From an uncultured Nitrososphaerales archaeon (GTDB lineage: Archaea > Thermoproteota > Nitrososphaeria > Nitrososphaerales > Nitrososphaeraceae): a stretch of DNA of 64,000 nt. Of the stretch, positions 11,592-22,769 are shown piece after piece. The notes beneath the pieces are model-generated. The model made no database searches and was not told where the DNA came from. It saw only the letters and a list, made by a program, of their open reading frames with translations. The stretch is taken from contig CAVQMO010000010.1 of the NCBI GenBank assembly GCA_963713605.1, positions 640,001-704,000 of the forward strand. Reading direction: 5' to 3'. The position numbers were made by a program, and so were the translations under genes. Position 1 is the stretch's first letter. Each line of letters begins with the position of its first letter.

Positions 11592-12355
11592 ATTGATTTA
11601 AGTGAGTTAAGATAGAATACACTTATCATTACTTCAGTGAAATATTATGTATCGAAAAAGCATCCATTTTACGAGCTTCATACGTAGCTGCCTTCGCCTC
11701 AATACTAGAGATCCAGTTTTAGCCACTATTCGTTACCCTATAATCTGTGCTGTAAATTCGATGCATGATAGAGGTATTTGGGAGAATATTCTTAGAAATC
11801 AGATTATCAAGGTATATACGGCAGCGTAGCTGAATCCATCACCATCCCCGACCAGCGAAATCTGGCTTGTGTCCTTCACGAAAGGTCTGGCTACTGACTT
11901 GAACTCAAGAAAATAAGCTTTGTAAATGCATCATTTGAATAACAAGTCGTACTCTAGTACATATTAACCCTATACCACTAGCGGTGCATATGACCATATT
12001 TAAAGAGTGACTGACTACATTAAGTACAGAATTCCGAATAACATGATACTTGCTATTTCTTTCTCTTGAGGTTCAGTTGGTTAATTCCAAAGTTGTAAAC
12101 AGCAGGTATATGACATCCTTGCCGTTATTTGTCCAGAAGCCTTTCTACGTTATATTGGTAACTTTATGATGTAAACATCGGTTCAGCACTCTTAGAGGTG
12201 CAATGAATATCCACATTGGATCACCGAATTTATATGACACTCTAACATAGGAATATCAATAACGTTAGACGTAATTGCTTATCATATTCATAAAGACGAT
12301 CTAAATTCAGCACGGTCAAGGATCTCATTATATAATCGATTGGTGTAATAATGCT

Positions 12356-12748
12356 GTGGTCAGAATATTCAAACGACGATATTACTATATTATAGCTGCA
12401 ATACTAATAGGAGGTACCGTTTTGTACTTTTACAATAGTTATATAAATAGACCCATGTTCGCGCTAGAATTAGATCCAACTAAGGATACTACAGATATCT
12501 CTGGAACGCAATACAGAATCAGACTTACAAATGTCGGTCAAAATGAAGTGACTGGAATACTAGTGAATTTGGGAGAAGATGACCTTCAGAATTTAACATC
12601 ACTTCAGCCAGGCCAATCATATTTTTTTTATCCCAAGCCAGACACTAGGCCTGCTATGATTAGCGTTATTACAAACGAAGGATTACATATTGAAGGCGAT
12701 TACAGGTCTCCAACAAAGGTTTTAGGATTACCTGGGGGAGGCAGATAA
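12356..12748 (+). CDS. Membrane-anchored hypothetical protein with beta-rich domain
   Basis: Single N-terminal TM helix; YRIRLTNVG and LQPGQS (CARDB/Ig-like pattern). Confidence 0.75.
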   Translation: MVRIFKRRYYYIIAAILIGGTVLYFYNSYINRPMFALELDPTKDTTDISGTQYRIRLTNVGQNEVTGILVNLGEDDLQNLTSLQPGQSYFFYPKPDTRPAMISVITNEGLHIEGDYRSPTKVLGLPGGGR

Positions 12749-12970
12749 TCACTGTAAAATCACATCCTTCTTTTGAATAAAAGTGAGGTTATTCTTTGGC
12801 CACCATCTGATGAACACAAAATTTCCACATAAAGATGGCCGTACCTGAGCCTGTCGGTTATAGATTATGGTATAAAAGGTTAGGAGCACTTTATCAAAGT
12901 TTACCCAAGTAGCCGGTGAACCTCATATTAATGGTTTTGCAGATGTTAGGAGATGAACGTATCTTATGCG

Positions 12971-13327
12971 CTAGTCAGTTATTGCGACTGCTATAGCAAG
13001 TGATTTGGTATGGGAAATTGATATCCGTGCTGAGATGATGTTCTTCCTTTTCCGATGAATAATAGCAGTGGGTTTTCCGTATTGTCCATGAATGATTTCT
13101 ATATCAATCATTTTTGTGGGTTTGTTCAAACATTTTAATATCGATTCCTTTGCAGCAAATATTCCAGCTAGATGAGGATACGGGTCAGAAAATTTGGCAC
13201 AATATTTCATTTCAGATTTTGTGAAAACTGAATGATAGAATCCTGTATTTCTGTCATTTAGTGGCTTGCTGCGAAATCGTTTGACTTCTATTATGTCTGT
13301 TCCAACATTCAAACTTTCAATAGTCAT
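12971..13327 (-). CDS. acpS: Holo-ACP synthase (4'-phosphopantetheinyl transferase)
   Basis: VGTDIIEVKRF, LAGIFAAKESILK, GKP and ISISHT motifs; 118 aa. Confidence 0.9.
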   Translation of the reverse strand: MTIESLNVGTDIIEVKRFRSKPLNDRNTGFYHSVFTKSEMKYCAKFSDPYPHLAGIFAAKESILKCLNKPTKMIDIEIIHGQYGKPTAIIHRKRKNIISARISISHTKSLAIAVAITD

Positions 13328-13417
13328 ATGAGGACGCTGTCAAGATATTGCGATTGATACATACAATATACTTTCGAAGTCTATAGCCTTTTATTTTAGT
13401 TCAACTGTCGTTTGACG

Positions 13418-14419
13418 CTAGTTCTTACTGCTTACTTCATATGTTTTCCATAAGGCTTGAATCATCGTATCAGCCTGAATGTGTCTTCCTGGCATGATAA
13501 TGACAGATGTGCTAATAGTACAATTGTTTCCAACAAGTGCTCCAAAGCGGTCTACTCCAGTATCTATTGATTTGCCTTTCTCAATTTCGTATGATATTTT
13601 TTGTTTAGTGGATAGAACGTTCACAGTCGCCGCATAAGCTCCGAACCATACGTTTTCTCCTATGATGCTATCAAGTATTATATTTTGATGTGATATTTTA
13701 TCACTGCCTAATAGATAGGACCTAGCGATTTCACAGTTGAATCCTATCCTTGTTTTATCACCTAACATGCAGTTTCTAATCAGAGAGCTCATCCCGATGA
13801 AACTGCCTTTACTAATATACGTGGGTCCTTTTATTTTGCAAAAGTCATCGATTGTAACGTCATCTTCAATTATGCATGGACCATCAATAACAGTAGATTT
13901 GGATATTGATGCATTTGGTGATATTGATGCATGCCTCACTTCATCTTGCAAAATCTTTTGAATTACATAATGAAGGTCCCAAGGATATTTGATTGGATTT
14001 ATTAAGATGTTTTTTTCTTTTTCTGATTGTAAATACCATATGGCTGAATTTAGTGGTATTTCCAAAAAATCCATATTCTCTTTGATTGATATGCTGTAAC
14101 TACGAGCAGCGGTACTATTATTGTTGATGTCATTAGATGAATTGCTATCATTAGATCTGATATCATCATCCTCATCCTCATATTCCTCCACATCAATTGC
14201 TGAAAAATTATCTTGAAGTAGCTTCAAAGTGGTACCGCATTTGGAAGGTACTTTAATTCTATGAATATTCTGAATCCTACTTGCTATGCTTACATTCCGA
14301 ACTATTAGCGGTTGGTGGTGCAATACTTTAAGAGAAGAGACGGGGGTTTGGCTTTCATTCTCATTTGTATCTACAATTGAATGTAGAAAATGCTTAGATC
14401 GGCGAAAGATCAGCTCCAT
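13418..14419 (-). CDS. GlmU-like left-handed beta-helix acyltransferase (copy 2)
   Basis: Near-identical to 8937..9935, with a different C-terminus. Confidence 0.7.
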   Translation of the reverse strand: MELIFRRSKHFLHSIVDTNENESQTPVSSLKVLHHQPLIVRNVSIASRIQNIHRIKVPSKCGTTLKLLQDNFSAIDVEEYEDEDDDIRSNDSNSSNDINNNSTAARSYSISIKENMDFLEIPLNSAIWYLQSEKEKNILINPIKYPWDLHYVIQKILQDEVRHASISPNASISKSTVIDGPCIIEDDVTIDDFCKIKGPTYISKGSFIGMSSLIRNCMLGDKTRIGFNCEIARSYLLGSDKISHQNIILDSIIGENVWFGAYAATVNVLSTKQKISYEIEKGKSIDTGVDRFGALVGNNCTISTSVIIMPGRHIQADTMIQALWKTYEVSSKN

Positions 14420-14518
14420 ATTGCAATGTAGATATATACAAGTGGACTAGTTTAAATCAATTTGTGTTTACATAATCATGAATTGCCTTACTCATGTCTT
14501 GTATGGAGAAGTTATCTT
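13473..14518. repeat. 1046-bp direct repeat, copy 2
   Basis: Matches 8989..10034. Confidence 0.95.
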
Positions 14519-14804
14519 TAATTCAATCCGATGTGTGACAAATGAGAAGGAATTAGGAAAATTAGAAGTGCTTATGATGCAATTCCCACAAACATTTGTA
14601 ATCAAGTTTGGATTGGCAATGCTGTCAAAACATAAGATTCCAGACAAATAAATTTCGAAATTGTTGGAGTCGAGTTTAGTTCCGTGCTGTCTAGAAGGAT
14701 AAAAGTCGAATTGTCTTATGTAAACGTATATTAAGAGGAGTTCAGCTATTTTTTGCACCTTTGACAAGGTACACGAAAAATCATGATATTTTAGGTGGTT
14801 TGAT

Positions 14805-15441
14805 ATGACAAAGAATCGAGTAATGATCGCATTTGGGGCGCACCCAGATGATATAGAAATCGGGATGGGAGGAACAGTAGCGAAATTGGCCAGAGTAGGT
14901 TATGATGTGAGACTAGTTATTGCTACTCTTCCAAACTTTGTAAAGACTGATACTAAAGAGGAGCGCAAGCAAGAATCTATTATGTCAGCAAAAGTTATGG
15001 GTTGTAAAACGCCAGAATTTCTCGATCTTAGTCCCGAAGAAATCGTTTTCAACAGAAAGTTTGTTACTCAAATTAGTAAGTTAATCCAAGAACTAAATCC
15101 TGAGGCTATATTTACTCAGTGGATCGGTGACACACACCAGGACCATCAATCATTAACGAGAGCAGTTGTGGCCGCAGGCTCGCGATTCTAACGATGTATT
15201 TATGTACGAAACCACTATTCCAGGAGGCATTAGTGAACATGCATTTAGACCTCAACTCTATGTAGACGTCACTGAAACATTAGAAATTAAAAGGAACGCA
15301 CTTGACTGTTTTGATTCTCAAAAAATCCGATGTGGACCTCTGTGGATAGATTCCCTGGTAGGAAGATGTTCTTACAGGGGGTATCAAATGAATGCAAAAT
15401 ACGCAGAAGCATTTGAAGTTATCAAGGTTTCCAAATGGTAG
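14805..15441 (+). CDS. PIG-L/LmbE-family de-N-acetylase (indel near 15175)
   Basis: AHPDDIEIG and DTHQDH metal-binding motifs; C-terminal half in ORF 15166..15441 (YVDV...KRNAL...SQ...AEAF). Confidence 0.88.
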
Positions 15442-15558
15442 AAACCTGAGACATCTTTACATTGAATTCTTGAATTCCTGGCTGACCATCTTAAGCCAGC
15501 ATAATTCAAAGCTGTTCGTAAATCTGGCACAATGAGCTACTGCATATAGTCAGCTCCG

Positions 15559-16107
15559 CTAGATCTTTCCTGCATCCTTAAGTCTGGATTTCATCCTTAA
15601 CTCACCTTCACTATACCTCTTTTTGTCGTTATCATCCTCAAAAATTAAACGGGGAACCATTGTAGGCTTCCCATACTTGTCCAAGGCTACCATTGTTACG
15701 AACGCAGTAGCCGCATGCACTTTGGTATTATCATCTAGGTCCTCAGCCTCGACGTTTACCTCGATTTCCATGGAGGATCTACGAACGTATGTTATTCTAG
15801 CAGAAATTATGAGTGCATTTCCTATAAAGACTGGTTTCAGGAATACCATTCGGTCTATGCTTGCAGTGACAACATTCGCCCTACCCGAATGTCTTTTAGC
15901 TACCAAACCTGCAATTAAATCAACATGTTTTAGTATTACTCCCCCAAAGACATTTCCTTTGGGGTTGGCATCAGAAGGTAACATCATCACAATCATCTCT
16001 GCTTCAGATTCCGTTGGACGTTTCCCCTTCTCCCCACTATTAACAGACAAGACTATAGATCCGATTTTATTATTACTATATATATTAAATACATAGAATT
16101 CATTCAA
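15559..16107 (-). CDS. Acyl-CoA thioesterase (hotdog fold, YciA-like); true start probably ~50 nt downstream of the ORF start
   Basis: PSDANPKGNVFGG, VTASIDRMVFLKPV and FVTMVALD. Confidence 0.9.
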   Translation of the reverse strand: MNEFYVFNIYSNNKIGSIVLSVNSGEKGKRPTESEAEMIVMMLPSDANPKGNVFGGVILKHVDLIAGLVAKRHSGRANVVTASIDRMVFLKPVFIGNALIISARITYVRRSSMEIEVNVEAEDLDDNTKVHAATAFVTMVALDKYGKPTMVPRLIFEDDNDKKRYSEGELRMKSRLKDAGKI

Positions 16108-16287
16108 TAACGATAGATTTCATTTATCCAGCCTCACCAAGGCGTTCCCAACCGTTCCCGGCACTTCTGATCTAGGTTAGGTACAAGACCCCTAATCGGC
16201 CCAGCTATGCGAAACACTCTCATAGAATGCCCAATGAAAGGAACTTACGGTAATACTTTTATATATCAAAATACTATTAGAAAGAAA

Positions 16288-17442
16288 ATGAAGCATATAA
16301 TTCTAACCGGAATTTTTGCTAGCATTCTGGTTGCCGGATTCGTTTTTTACCCCCTTCTTATGGGAAGTTCGCAATCGGCAAAAGCTATGAACGTAGAGTT
16401 TACACCAAGCGGTGTAAATAAACATGTGACGCTCGTGACAAATGAAACTGTTGTGCAAGTAGCACCAGATAATGCGTTGCATCCTGGTGGAATTGAATAT
16501 AACGCATATACCTTTAATGGAACTATCCCAGGACCAGCAGTTGCAATAGATCAGGGTGATAATCTTACAATTACTCTTCAGAATGATGGTAAACTTATCC
16601 ATAGTGTCGACTTTCATGCAGGAATAGGGGATACTCATGTCAACTCTGGCCCTGTCGAACCAGGCCAATCACATACCTGGAGTCTTCAAGGAATTAACGG
16701 AGGAGCATTCATGTATCATTGTGCTGCAGATGCTCTTAATGGCGTCTGGGAGCATATCGCCAATGGAATGTATGGTGTGATTGTAGTTCACCCACAGAAC
16801 GAGGAACCAGCAAAGGAGTTTTATGTGTCATTTGGAGAGATCTATAACAGCGCTGACCAAGGTCTATTCAAAGGAACCAATGGAACGGTAGGTTCATTTG
16901 ATATCACCAAATTTGCTACAGATCAACCTGATCTAGTCCTCACGAACGGTATGGCTCACAAATATGCACCAGCGGTAGGCAGTGTCTCAAAGCTCGAGCT
17001 TAATCCAAACGCAACTCTGTTCTATGCCAAACCAGGAGAATTGACAAGATGGTACGTTCTTAGTCCAGGACCAAATGACGGCGTTTCATTCCATTTCATA
17101 TCCGGACAGATGGATGTTCGAGATGGCTTTAATCAGCAAGCCAACAGCTATGGAACAGTCCTAATGAACGATGAGACATGGTGGGTACCACCGGGATCAG
17201 CCTCAGTATTCGAGACCATATTCCCTGAAGCAGGCCCATATGTGGGTGTAGATCATTCAATGGTAGATGTGGTCAAGGGAGGAGCGTTCGTGGTACTAGC
17301 ACAAGACAACTCAACGGCCACTGATATTCCTGAAGGGGCATGGGTTCCACCAAAAGGAAGTGAATATGTTGGCGGAAACCAGCAAGCCCAATGGGTAGCG
17401 GAGGCTGGTGGAAGCGAGGCTAACCAAACAGCTACGAGCTGA
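16288..17442 (+). CDS. nirK: Copper-containing nitrite reductase / two-domain multicopper oxidase, thaumarchaeal type
   Basis: Signal/TM segment, TFNGTIPGP, HSVDFHA, FMYHC...WEHIANGMYG, SFHFI and VDH. TATA-like TTTTATATA lies about 25 nt upstream of ATG 16288. Confidence 0.88.
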   Translation: MKHIILTGIFASILVAGFVFYPLLMGSSQSAKAMNVEFTPSGVNKHVTLVTNETVVQVAPDNALHPGGIEYNAYTFNGTIPGPAVAIDQGDNLTITLQNDGKLIHSVDFHAGIGDTHVNSGPVEPGQSHTWSLQGINGGAFMYHCAADALNGVWEHIANGMYGVIVVHPQNEEPAKEFYVSFGEIYNSADQGLFKGTNGTVGSFDITKFATDQPDLVLTNGMAHKYAPAVGSVSKLELNPNATLFYAKPGELTRWYVLSPGPNDGVSFHFISGQMDVRDGFNQQANSYGTVLMNDETWWVPPGSASVFETIFPEAGPYVGVDHSMVDVVKGGAFVVLAQDNSTATDIPEGAWVPPKGSEYVGGNQQAQWVAEAGGSEANQTATS

Positions 17443-17932
17443 AGCGACCAAACAGCTTCTCAGGGAAGGCTGAAATCCTTTCCTTTTTTTTAATTCTTTA
17501 AGTTGATTTGGCGAAATTATCATTTGATTCAATTGAACGACTCATTCATTCATCAATACAATTTGCGTCGTAGTATCTGATTCCTTTATCTGTGAAGCTA
17601 TAGGAGATCGGATCTAGCTCCGACTTCATGTAAGAGGCTACACACTGAGGAGCCACTGATTCAATTGATTGCTCGCGTTCCTAATCTGTTGAAAAACACA
17701 CTCGGAGGTCGTTACGGATCTGATATTTCAACTTGAAACAATATCTTTATCGATTGTGGTGCTAGCAATCATGCAATAGAGAATTTACCTGATAATCCTT
17801 AGGTAAAATGATTTATAATATAGTCCCCTCTTTTCAATAGGAAATTGGACTTCCATGAATATATTTATACTAATATACAAGATATTAAGGAATATCTGTA
17901 AAGTTTAACTAGTCGTTTGCAGTATATAATGT

Positions 17933-19120
17933 GTGTTGACTTTAGGTACGCATTCTGTAGTATTTGATGGGGCCAAATATGGGGCAATTGCGGGGGCCAT
18001 TGCGACTTGGTCGATATCCTCTATCCTAGCTTTGATAGAGGCAGGTATGGGTTTGCCTATAGGTGCATTCTATTCTATCATTGGAATAGCATTGGGAATG
18101 GATAATGTGATAACTGCTTCCTATTTGGGATTTGGTCTTCATATCTTGGTAGGAACTCTGATGGGAGCTCTTGTAGGCGCGGCAATCGTAAGATTGGTGT
18201 CGCACAGTCTATTCAGGGGAATATTAGCAGGTATGGTAGCAGGAATCATGATTTGGCTAATCGTATTTCTTCCGATCACTGCTTTTCTTGTGCAACCTTC
18301 TATGGTTCAAATCGTTACATTATTGGCACTTACTACTAACTTTTCTTTATCAACGACTGAGATCAATCAATTTATGCAAACCACCGCTTTGAGCTCTGCG
18401 ATCTTTCATCTGGTTTGGGGGGCTCTGTTCGGTTTTATCATAAGCTCCCTCTTAAGAATCAAGTCGTATAGAAATGCGAATTGGAAGACAAAGCTGGAAA
18501 GTTATATGGCCGACAATGGAGATCAACAGGTTACAAGAATCAGGTTTAGGGTCCTTGGCGTCGGTATATTGGCTGGATTCCTGGCTTCTGCCTGTATTAG
18601 CGGGCTGATCTTTGTAGTAGAAAAAACCATTGATATCCCTGTGGGAACTTTTTACCTAGTACTAGTATCGTCAGTCACTCAGTCCCATGTAGAATCAGTG
18701 AATATGATCGTCGCCGGTCTACTTTTGCATTTATTCACTGGTAGCATTATTGGCGTCATAATATCAATACCTTTTGCCATAAGAGACATGAGAATCTTAT
18801 CTATTATGCACAAGTATGCTCCTATTTATGGACTCGTCTGCGGAGTGACAGTTTGGGCATTTCTGTTTGTTCCAGTTACATTTTGGGTCATTATACCCTT
18901 GTTAGGTGATCTAGATCAAAATCAACTTATAGTCCAACAGACTCCTGTAGGAACTGCATCATCAATTACGGTAGGTGAACTCCTCTCGATAAATGATAAA
19001 ATTCTAATTGGTGCACTAGCCTTTAACATGTTTTATGGATTAGTTGCATCAATCATAATTAAATCCATGACAAGTAAATTAGTGAGTCAGCCAAATACTA
19101 TTCACGAAATCTCTATGTGA
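17933..19120 (+). CDS. Polytopic membrane protein with internal duplication
   Basis: About 8-10 TM segments; the halves share PIGAFY/PVGTFY, LHILVG/LHLFTG and FHLVWG/FNMFYG. Confidence 0.8.
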   Translation: MLTLGTHSVVFDGAKYGAIAGAIATWSISSILALIEAGMGLPIGAFYSIIGIALGMDNVITASYLGFGLHILVGTLMGALVGAAIVRLVSHSLFRGILAGMVAGIMIWLIVFLPITAFLVQPSMVQIVTLLALTTNFSLSTTEINQFMQTTALSSAIFHLVWGALFGFIISSLLRIKSYRNANWKTKLESYMADNGDQQVTRIRFRVLGVGILAGFLASACISGLIFVVEKTIDIPVGTFYLVLVSSVTQSHVESVNMIVAGLLLHLFTGSIIGVIISIPFAIRDMRILSIMHKYAPIYGLVCGVTVWAFLFVPVTFWVIIPLLGDLDQNQLIVQQTPVGTASSITVGELLSINDKILIGALAFNMFYGLVASIIIKSMTSKLVSQPNTIHEISM

Positions 19121-19892
19121 TACAATTTTCATTCCTTTCTCACTCGCCTTAGAGGTCAAACTCCAGAAAACATGATACGATGTTATTGGACTCATTGAAT
19201 TCCCATGAGAACATATTTTTGATGTATACGGGTGTTTACCGAGAGAATGACGAGACTATCAATCTTGTTTAATTCGATATCTGACGGATTGAGAATAACA
19301 AGCTGATGAGACCTGTTATTGCATTGATTTCAGTAGCTACAATGTTGATTCGTAAACAACATTTCTCAGAGTGCTTAGACCAATACTTGATACACGCCTT
19401 CTGATGCTGTAAGAGAATCAAATTCAAAAAGACAAATTGAAATGGCTAATAATAAAACAGATCCGAATCTCTGAGTCTTTGAATTCAACCTTTAGAAATA
19501 CTATGAAAAATAATTCTAACGCCGTTAGAATTATTCAAGTTTTGCTGAGAGTGGCATTTCAGCCATTAACGTTCTACAAAAATCAGAGAATGCGGTGCAT
19601 TCATCGAATATTGACCGTTTCCATTTGTAGTCTCATTCGCTCTGTGTGGGTCCAAGGTATATCACTCCATTCTTTTCGCCCACATTGCTGCATATACATA
19701 TTCAGTCGAGTCAATGGAAATTTTGAGTCAGCAACATAACGACGAAAATGATATCTTGACTTGTATCTGATTTACCTAGGTACTTTCATGGTCATTCTAA
19801 GCCAACTACTGTGAGATTATTGGAAGGTATAAAATACTTCTAAATTATGTGGGCTACTGCAAAAACCAAAGAGTACTTTTATATCGTAAGGT

Positions 19893-20321
19893 GTGAAATA
19901 TATTGTATTGAATCGAATACCTGCAAAGCGAGATCCCGTAATCGTGATTAGTGGCTCCTGTCAAAATTTTGAGAAGGAAAGAGGCAAAATCATTAAATTC
20001 ATTGGGGATCTTGAATTGGGAGCAAAGACGAAGGTCGAATATCAGTGTTATTCGACAGGAATTTCGATGGGATGGGAGTTCTTCGAATTGTGTTTAGACC
20101 CGGACCTTGTTTATTCGCTATTTAGTATATTTCCGGACATGAAAAATGAAGAGGGTACAATGCTGGAGCGAGCAGTTTGTTCACTGGCTTTCCAAGCAGT
20201 TTAAGAAGAGAAAACTTGAATTTTATTTAAAGCTAAATGATGTTCCACGTGAGAAAACATTTGGGTTTAGACTTGATCCTAATAGTTATAGAGATGACAG
20301 CCTGCTGGAGGAATGGAGATG
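19893..20321 (+). CDS. Hypothetical protein (indel near 20170)
   Basis: ORF 19893..20204 continues in another frame as EQFVHWLSKQFKKRKLEFYLKL...W. Confidence 0.55.
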
Positions 20322-20505
20322 ACTAACCATTCTGACTCAAAGTCAATGTATATGATACGGAAAGTTTTTGATCCAGTAAATTATGGATTACCATAGTTAG
20401 CGGAGTTAATAGTGGTTACTATGTTTTAATGCTATTGAATTCTTTTTGTATCTACCCTGTATTAATATATGTACTAGTAAAACACTCTAATTCCACGGAC
20501 TTTTA

Positions 20506-21333
20506 TTATAACATTGTGATCAAATTAAATGAATTCTTCCATCCTTTAGGTCCTATCCCAGTAGACCGGACAAGATTTTTTATCTTTGAGTCGCACCATG
20601 AACCATTAGCCTTCTGGACTAGCACAGCAATGTCCATTAATTTTAGCATAGGTAGATCGTTTTCGCTGTCGCCCAATCCAACAAAAATAGTTCTCCTTGG
20701 TTGGTACTTTCGTCTGAAGAGATCAATTAGTATGCGAGTAGCCTTCCCTTTGTCATTTCCCTGTGTAATGTCACTGTACCTTCCCCCATGTATTACTTTT
20801 AGGCCAGTTCTTGTGCAGACTTTAGCTAACCTGCCCAAGTCAGATGGATCTATTTCTAAAATTGTTTCCCCATATTCACGTTTTGACATTCGCCTCGCGA
20901 AGGGCAATGGAATTTGTACCTTCTTTCTAATTTCGTTCAATGCCATATCTGTCGTCCCTTTAAAGTTAATCTGGAGCTCCTCTCTAATCCTTGCTAATCG
21001 CTTTCTTATTTCAATTGAATGACCCCCAATTTCAATAAGGCTATATCCGTTCCTTCTAGTACGTGGTACTGATATTTCAAATTCATCGAAATATCCGTCT
21101 GGGATCACCACCGCCCCTCCATTTTCGACTATGAAAGGGTCAGACAATCGAAGCTTATTTCTGATGTACTCCTGCTCACTGCGTGTCTTGGCAGAACAAA
21201 GAATGACTGGGATTCCCATATTTGCCAACTTCTTTACTAGCAGATCGGTCCCTTCAAATTTTCCGCTGTATATGTCTATAAGAGTGCCATCAATATCGGT
21301 GAAAATTATCTTTTGAACCGTAGAATTATTCAT
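20506..21333 (-). CDS. mpgP: Mannosyl-3-phosphoglycerate phosphatase family HAD-IIB hydrolase
   Basis: FTDIDGTL, CSAKTRSE, PFIVENG, REYGE, HGGRY, DKGKA and GLGDSENDLPML. Confidence 0.85.
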   Translation of the reverse strand: MNNSTVQKIIFTDIDGTLIDIYSGKFEGTDLLVKKLANMGIPVILCSAKTRSEQEYIRNKLRLSDPFIVENGGAVVIPDGYFDEFEISVPRTRRNGYSLIEIGGHSIEIRKRLARIREELQINFKGTTDMALNEIRKKVQIPLPFARRMSKREYGETILEIDPSDLGRLAKVCTRTGLKVIHGGRYSDITQGNDKGKATRILIDLFRRKYQPRRTIFVGLGDSENDLPMLKLMDIAVLVQKANGSWCDSKIKNLVRSTGIGPKGWKNSFNLITML

Positions 21334-21677
21334 TAGTAGATATGGGACCCAATCTCCTACACTTATTTCTTGAGCTCTATGTTCTCTGATCCAATCGAGA
21401 ATTTAATGGTCGATCTGCATACTTGTTGCTGTTATGTGTAATGCCATTTTCCAGGATATCGACTACTAAAGTTTATCTCATAAAAAGAGATATCTCATAA
21501 ACCAAAAAAAGGGAAAGGATGTATTATCACCAAGGGTCAAAACCGTCCGCCTCTAGACTCTATATCATTTTAGAGTAATTCGGATTGGGACAATCCAAAG
21601 AAGTGACTGAGAACCATCAATCGCGAGAAGCGTTTAAAGGCAACTAGGAATAATTAGAATCTCTGGGATATAAATAG

Positions 21678-21923
21678 ATGAAATTCCCACTACGGAATTT
21701 GATATTTGAAAAGATAAAACAGGCAGGAAACATCACTGATGTTGAGCTCCTGAATAGCCTCAATAAAGAGGAAATTCAAGTGACCGACGATACATTTAAC
21801 AAGATCCTACTTGATCTTGAAATATTCGGGCTCATTAGGGTCTCCTGGATCGAAAAACACAAACGTAGAATAGAAGTATCTCCCGGGAATCTAAAAATTG
21901 ACTACGTTGACAGCGTAGACTGA
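21678..21923 (+). CDS. Small conserved archaeal winged-helix-like protein
   Basis: 81 aa, FNKILLDLEIFGLIRVSW. Confidence 0.7.
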   Translation: MKFPLRNLIFEKIKQAGNITDVELLNSLNKEEIQVTDDTFNKILLDLEIFGLIRVSWIEKHKRRIEVSPGNLKIDYVDSVD

Positions 21924-22104
21924 TTGTTGCAAAGCTATTGAGGAAGGGGTCCGATTAACCGGTAGTAATCATAAAAGTGTTTCAGTGTACCAGTCGGTGT
22001 CGCATGTTTCCTGCTCCAGTTAAGATTTCAAGGTTTATTCAAAACAAATTTTTGCAACCATGTGAAATACATCGACGAGAAGGAAGAAATTAAATGAAAG
22101 ACTA

Positions 22105-22425
22105 ATGTATTGTTACCACATGACAAAGGATCGTCCACAACAAGATCTTTTGTTTAAGCCTCTTATTGTCGCGGGACTTGTGATAGTTACTTTTAGCCTT
22201 GCCTGTCTCTGGATTGCAAATATGGCATTACCAGAAGATGAGTCGGAAGGATTTCGAATCATTGGGTATCGTTTCTTGGTAGGTGGGATAATATCGATCA
22301 TCGTCGGCTTTGTTTCGAAGCATTATTACTTTCTTTACAATTATGGCAGATTTTATTGGAATCAGCTTCCGTTTAGAAGAGGTGGAAAAAATGCAAGCAG
22401 GTTTTCAGATTGGTATAAACCGTAG
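22105..22425 (+). CDS. Small two-TM hypothetical membrane protein
   Basis: Two hydrophobic segments. Confidence 0.55.
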   Translation: MYCYHMTKDRPQQDLLFKPLIVAGLVIVTFSLACLWIANMALPEDESEGFRIIGYRFLVGGIISIIVGFVSKHYYFLYNYGRFYWNQLPFRRGGKNASRFSDWYKP

Positions 22426-22769
22426 GTGCATTTAGCAGAGTTCTTGATAATGCACCTTTGATAAAGTGTGCTCTAAGCCAAGCTTCAGTCCCTAGACGAC
22501 CGTCTTGTGATAATCTAGCAGAATTGAAGCTCAAATGCATTGTCCAGTTACACGTAGTGAACAACTAGCTGTTTTTGCCAGGTAATTTTCATACTCAGGA
22601 ACATTTTAGATTCTTGAATTAAAACTCCCAAATTGACTGTATTCATACTTGGGTGAGATCCAGCAAAGTTTATCTCTATTGAAGGCTATGATACGTACGA
22701 TGTTAACGGGAGGTCCTTTTTTGCTTAACAGACATAATTATACTTCATTAGGGAATTTGACTGTACCAA

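Noticed and set aside
8989..14518. Diversity-generating retroelement TR/VR pair
   Set aside because: The differences are not adenine-specific on either strand, both copies are full genes, and no reverse transcriptase is in the window.
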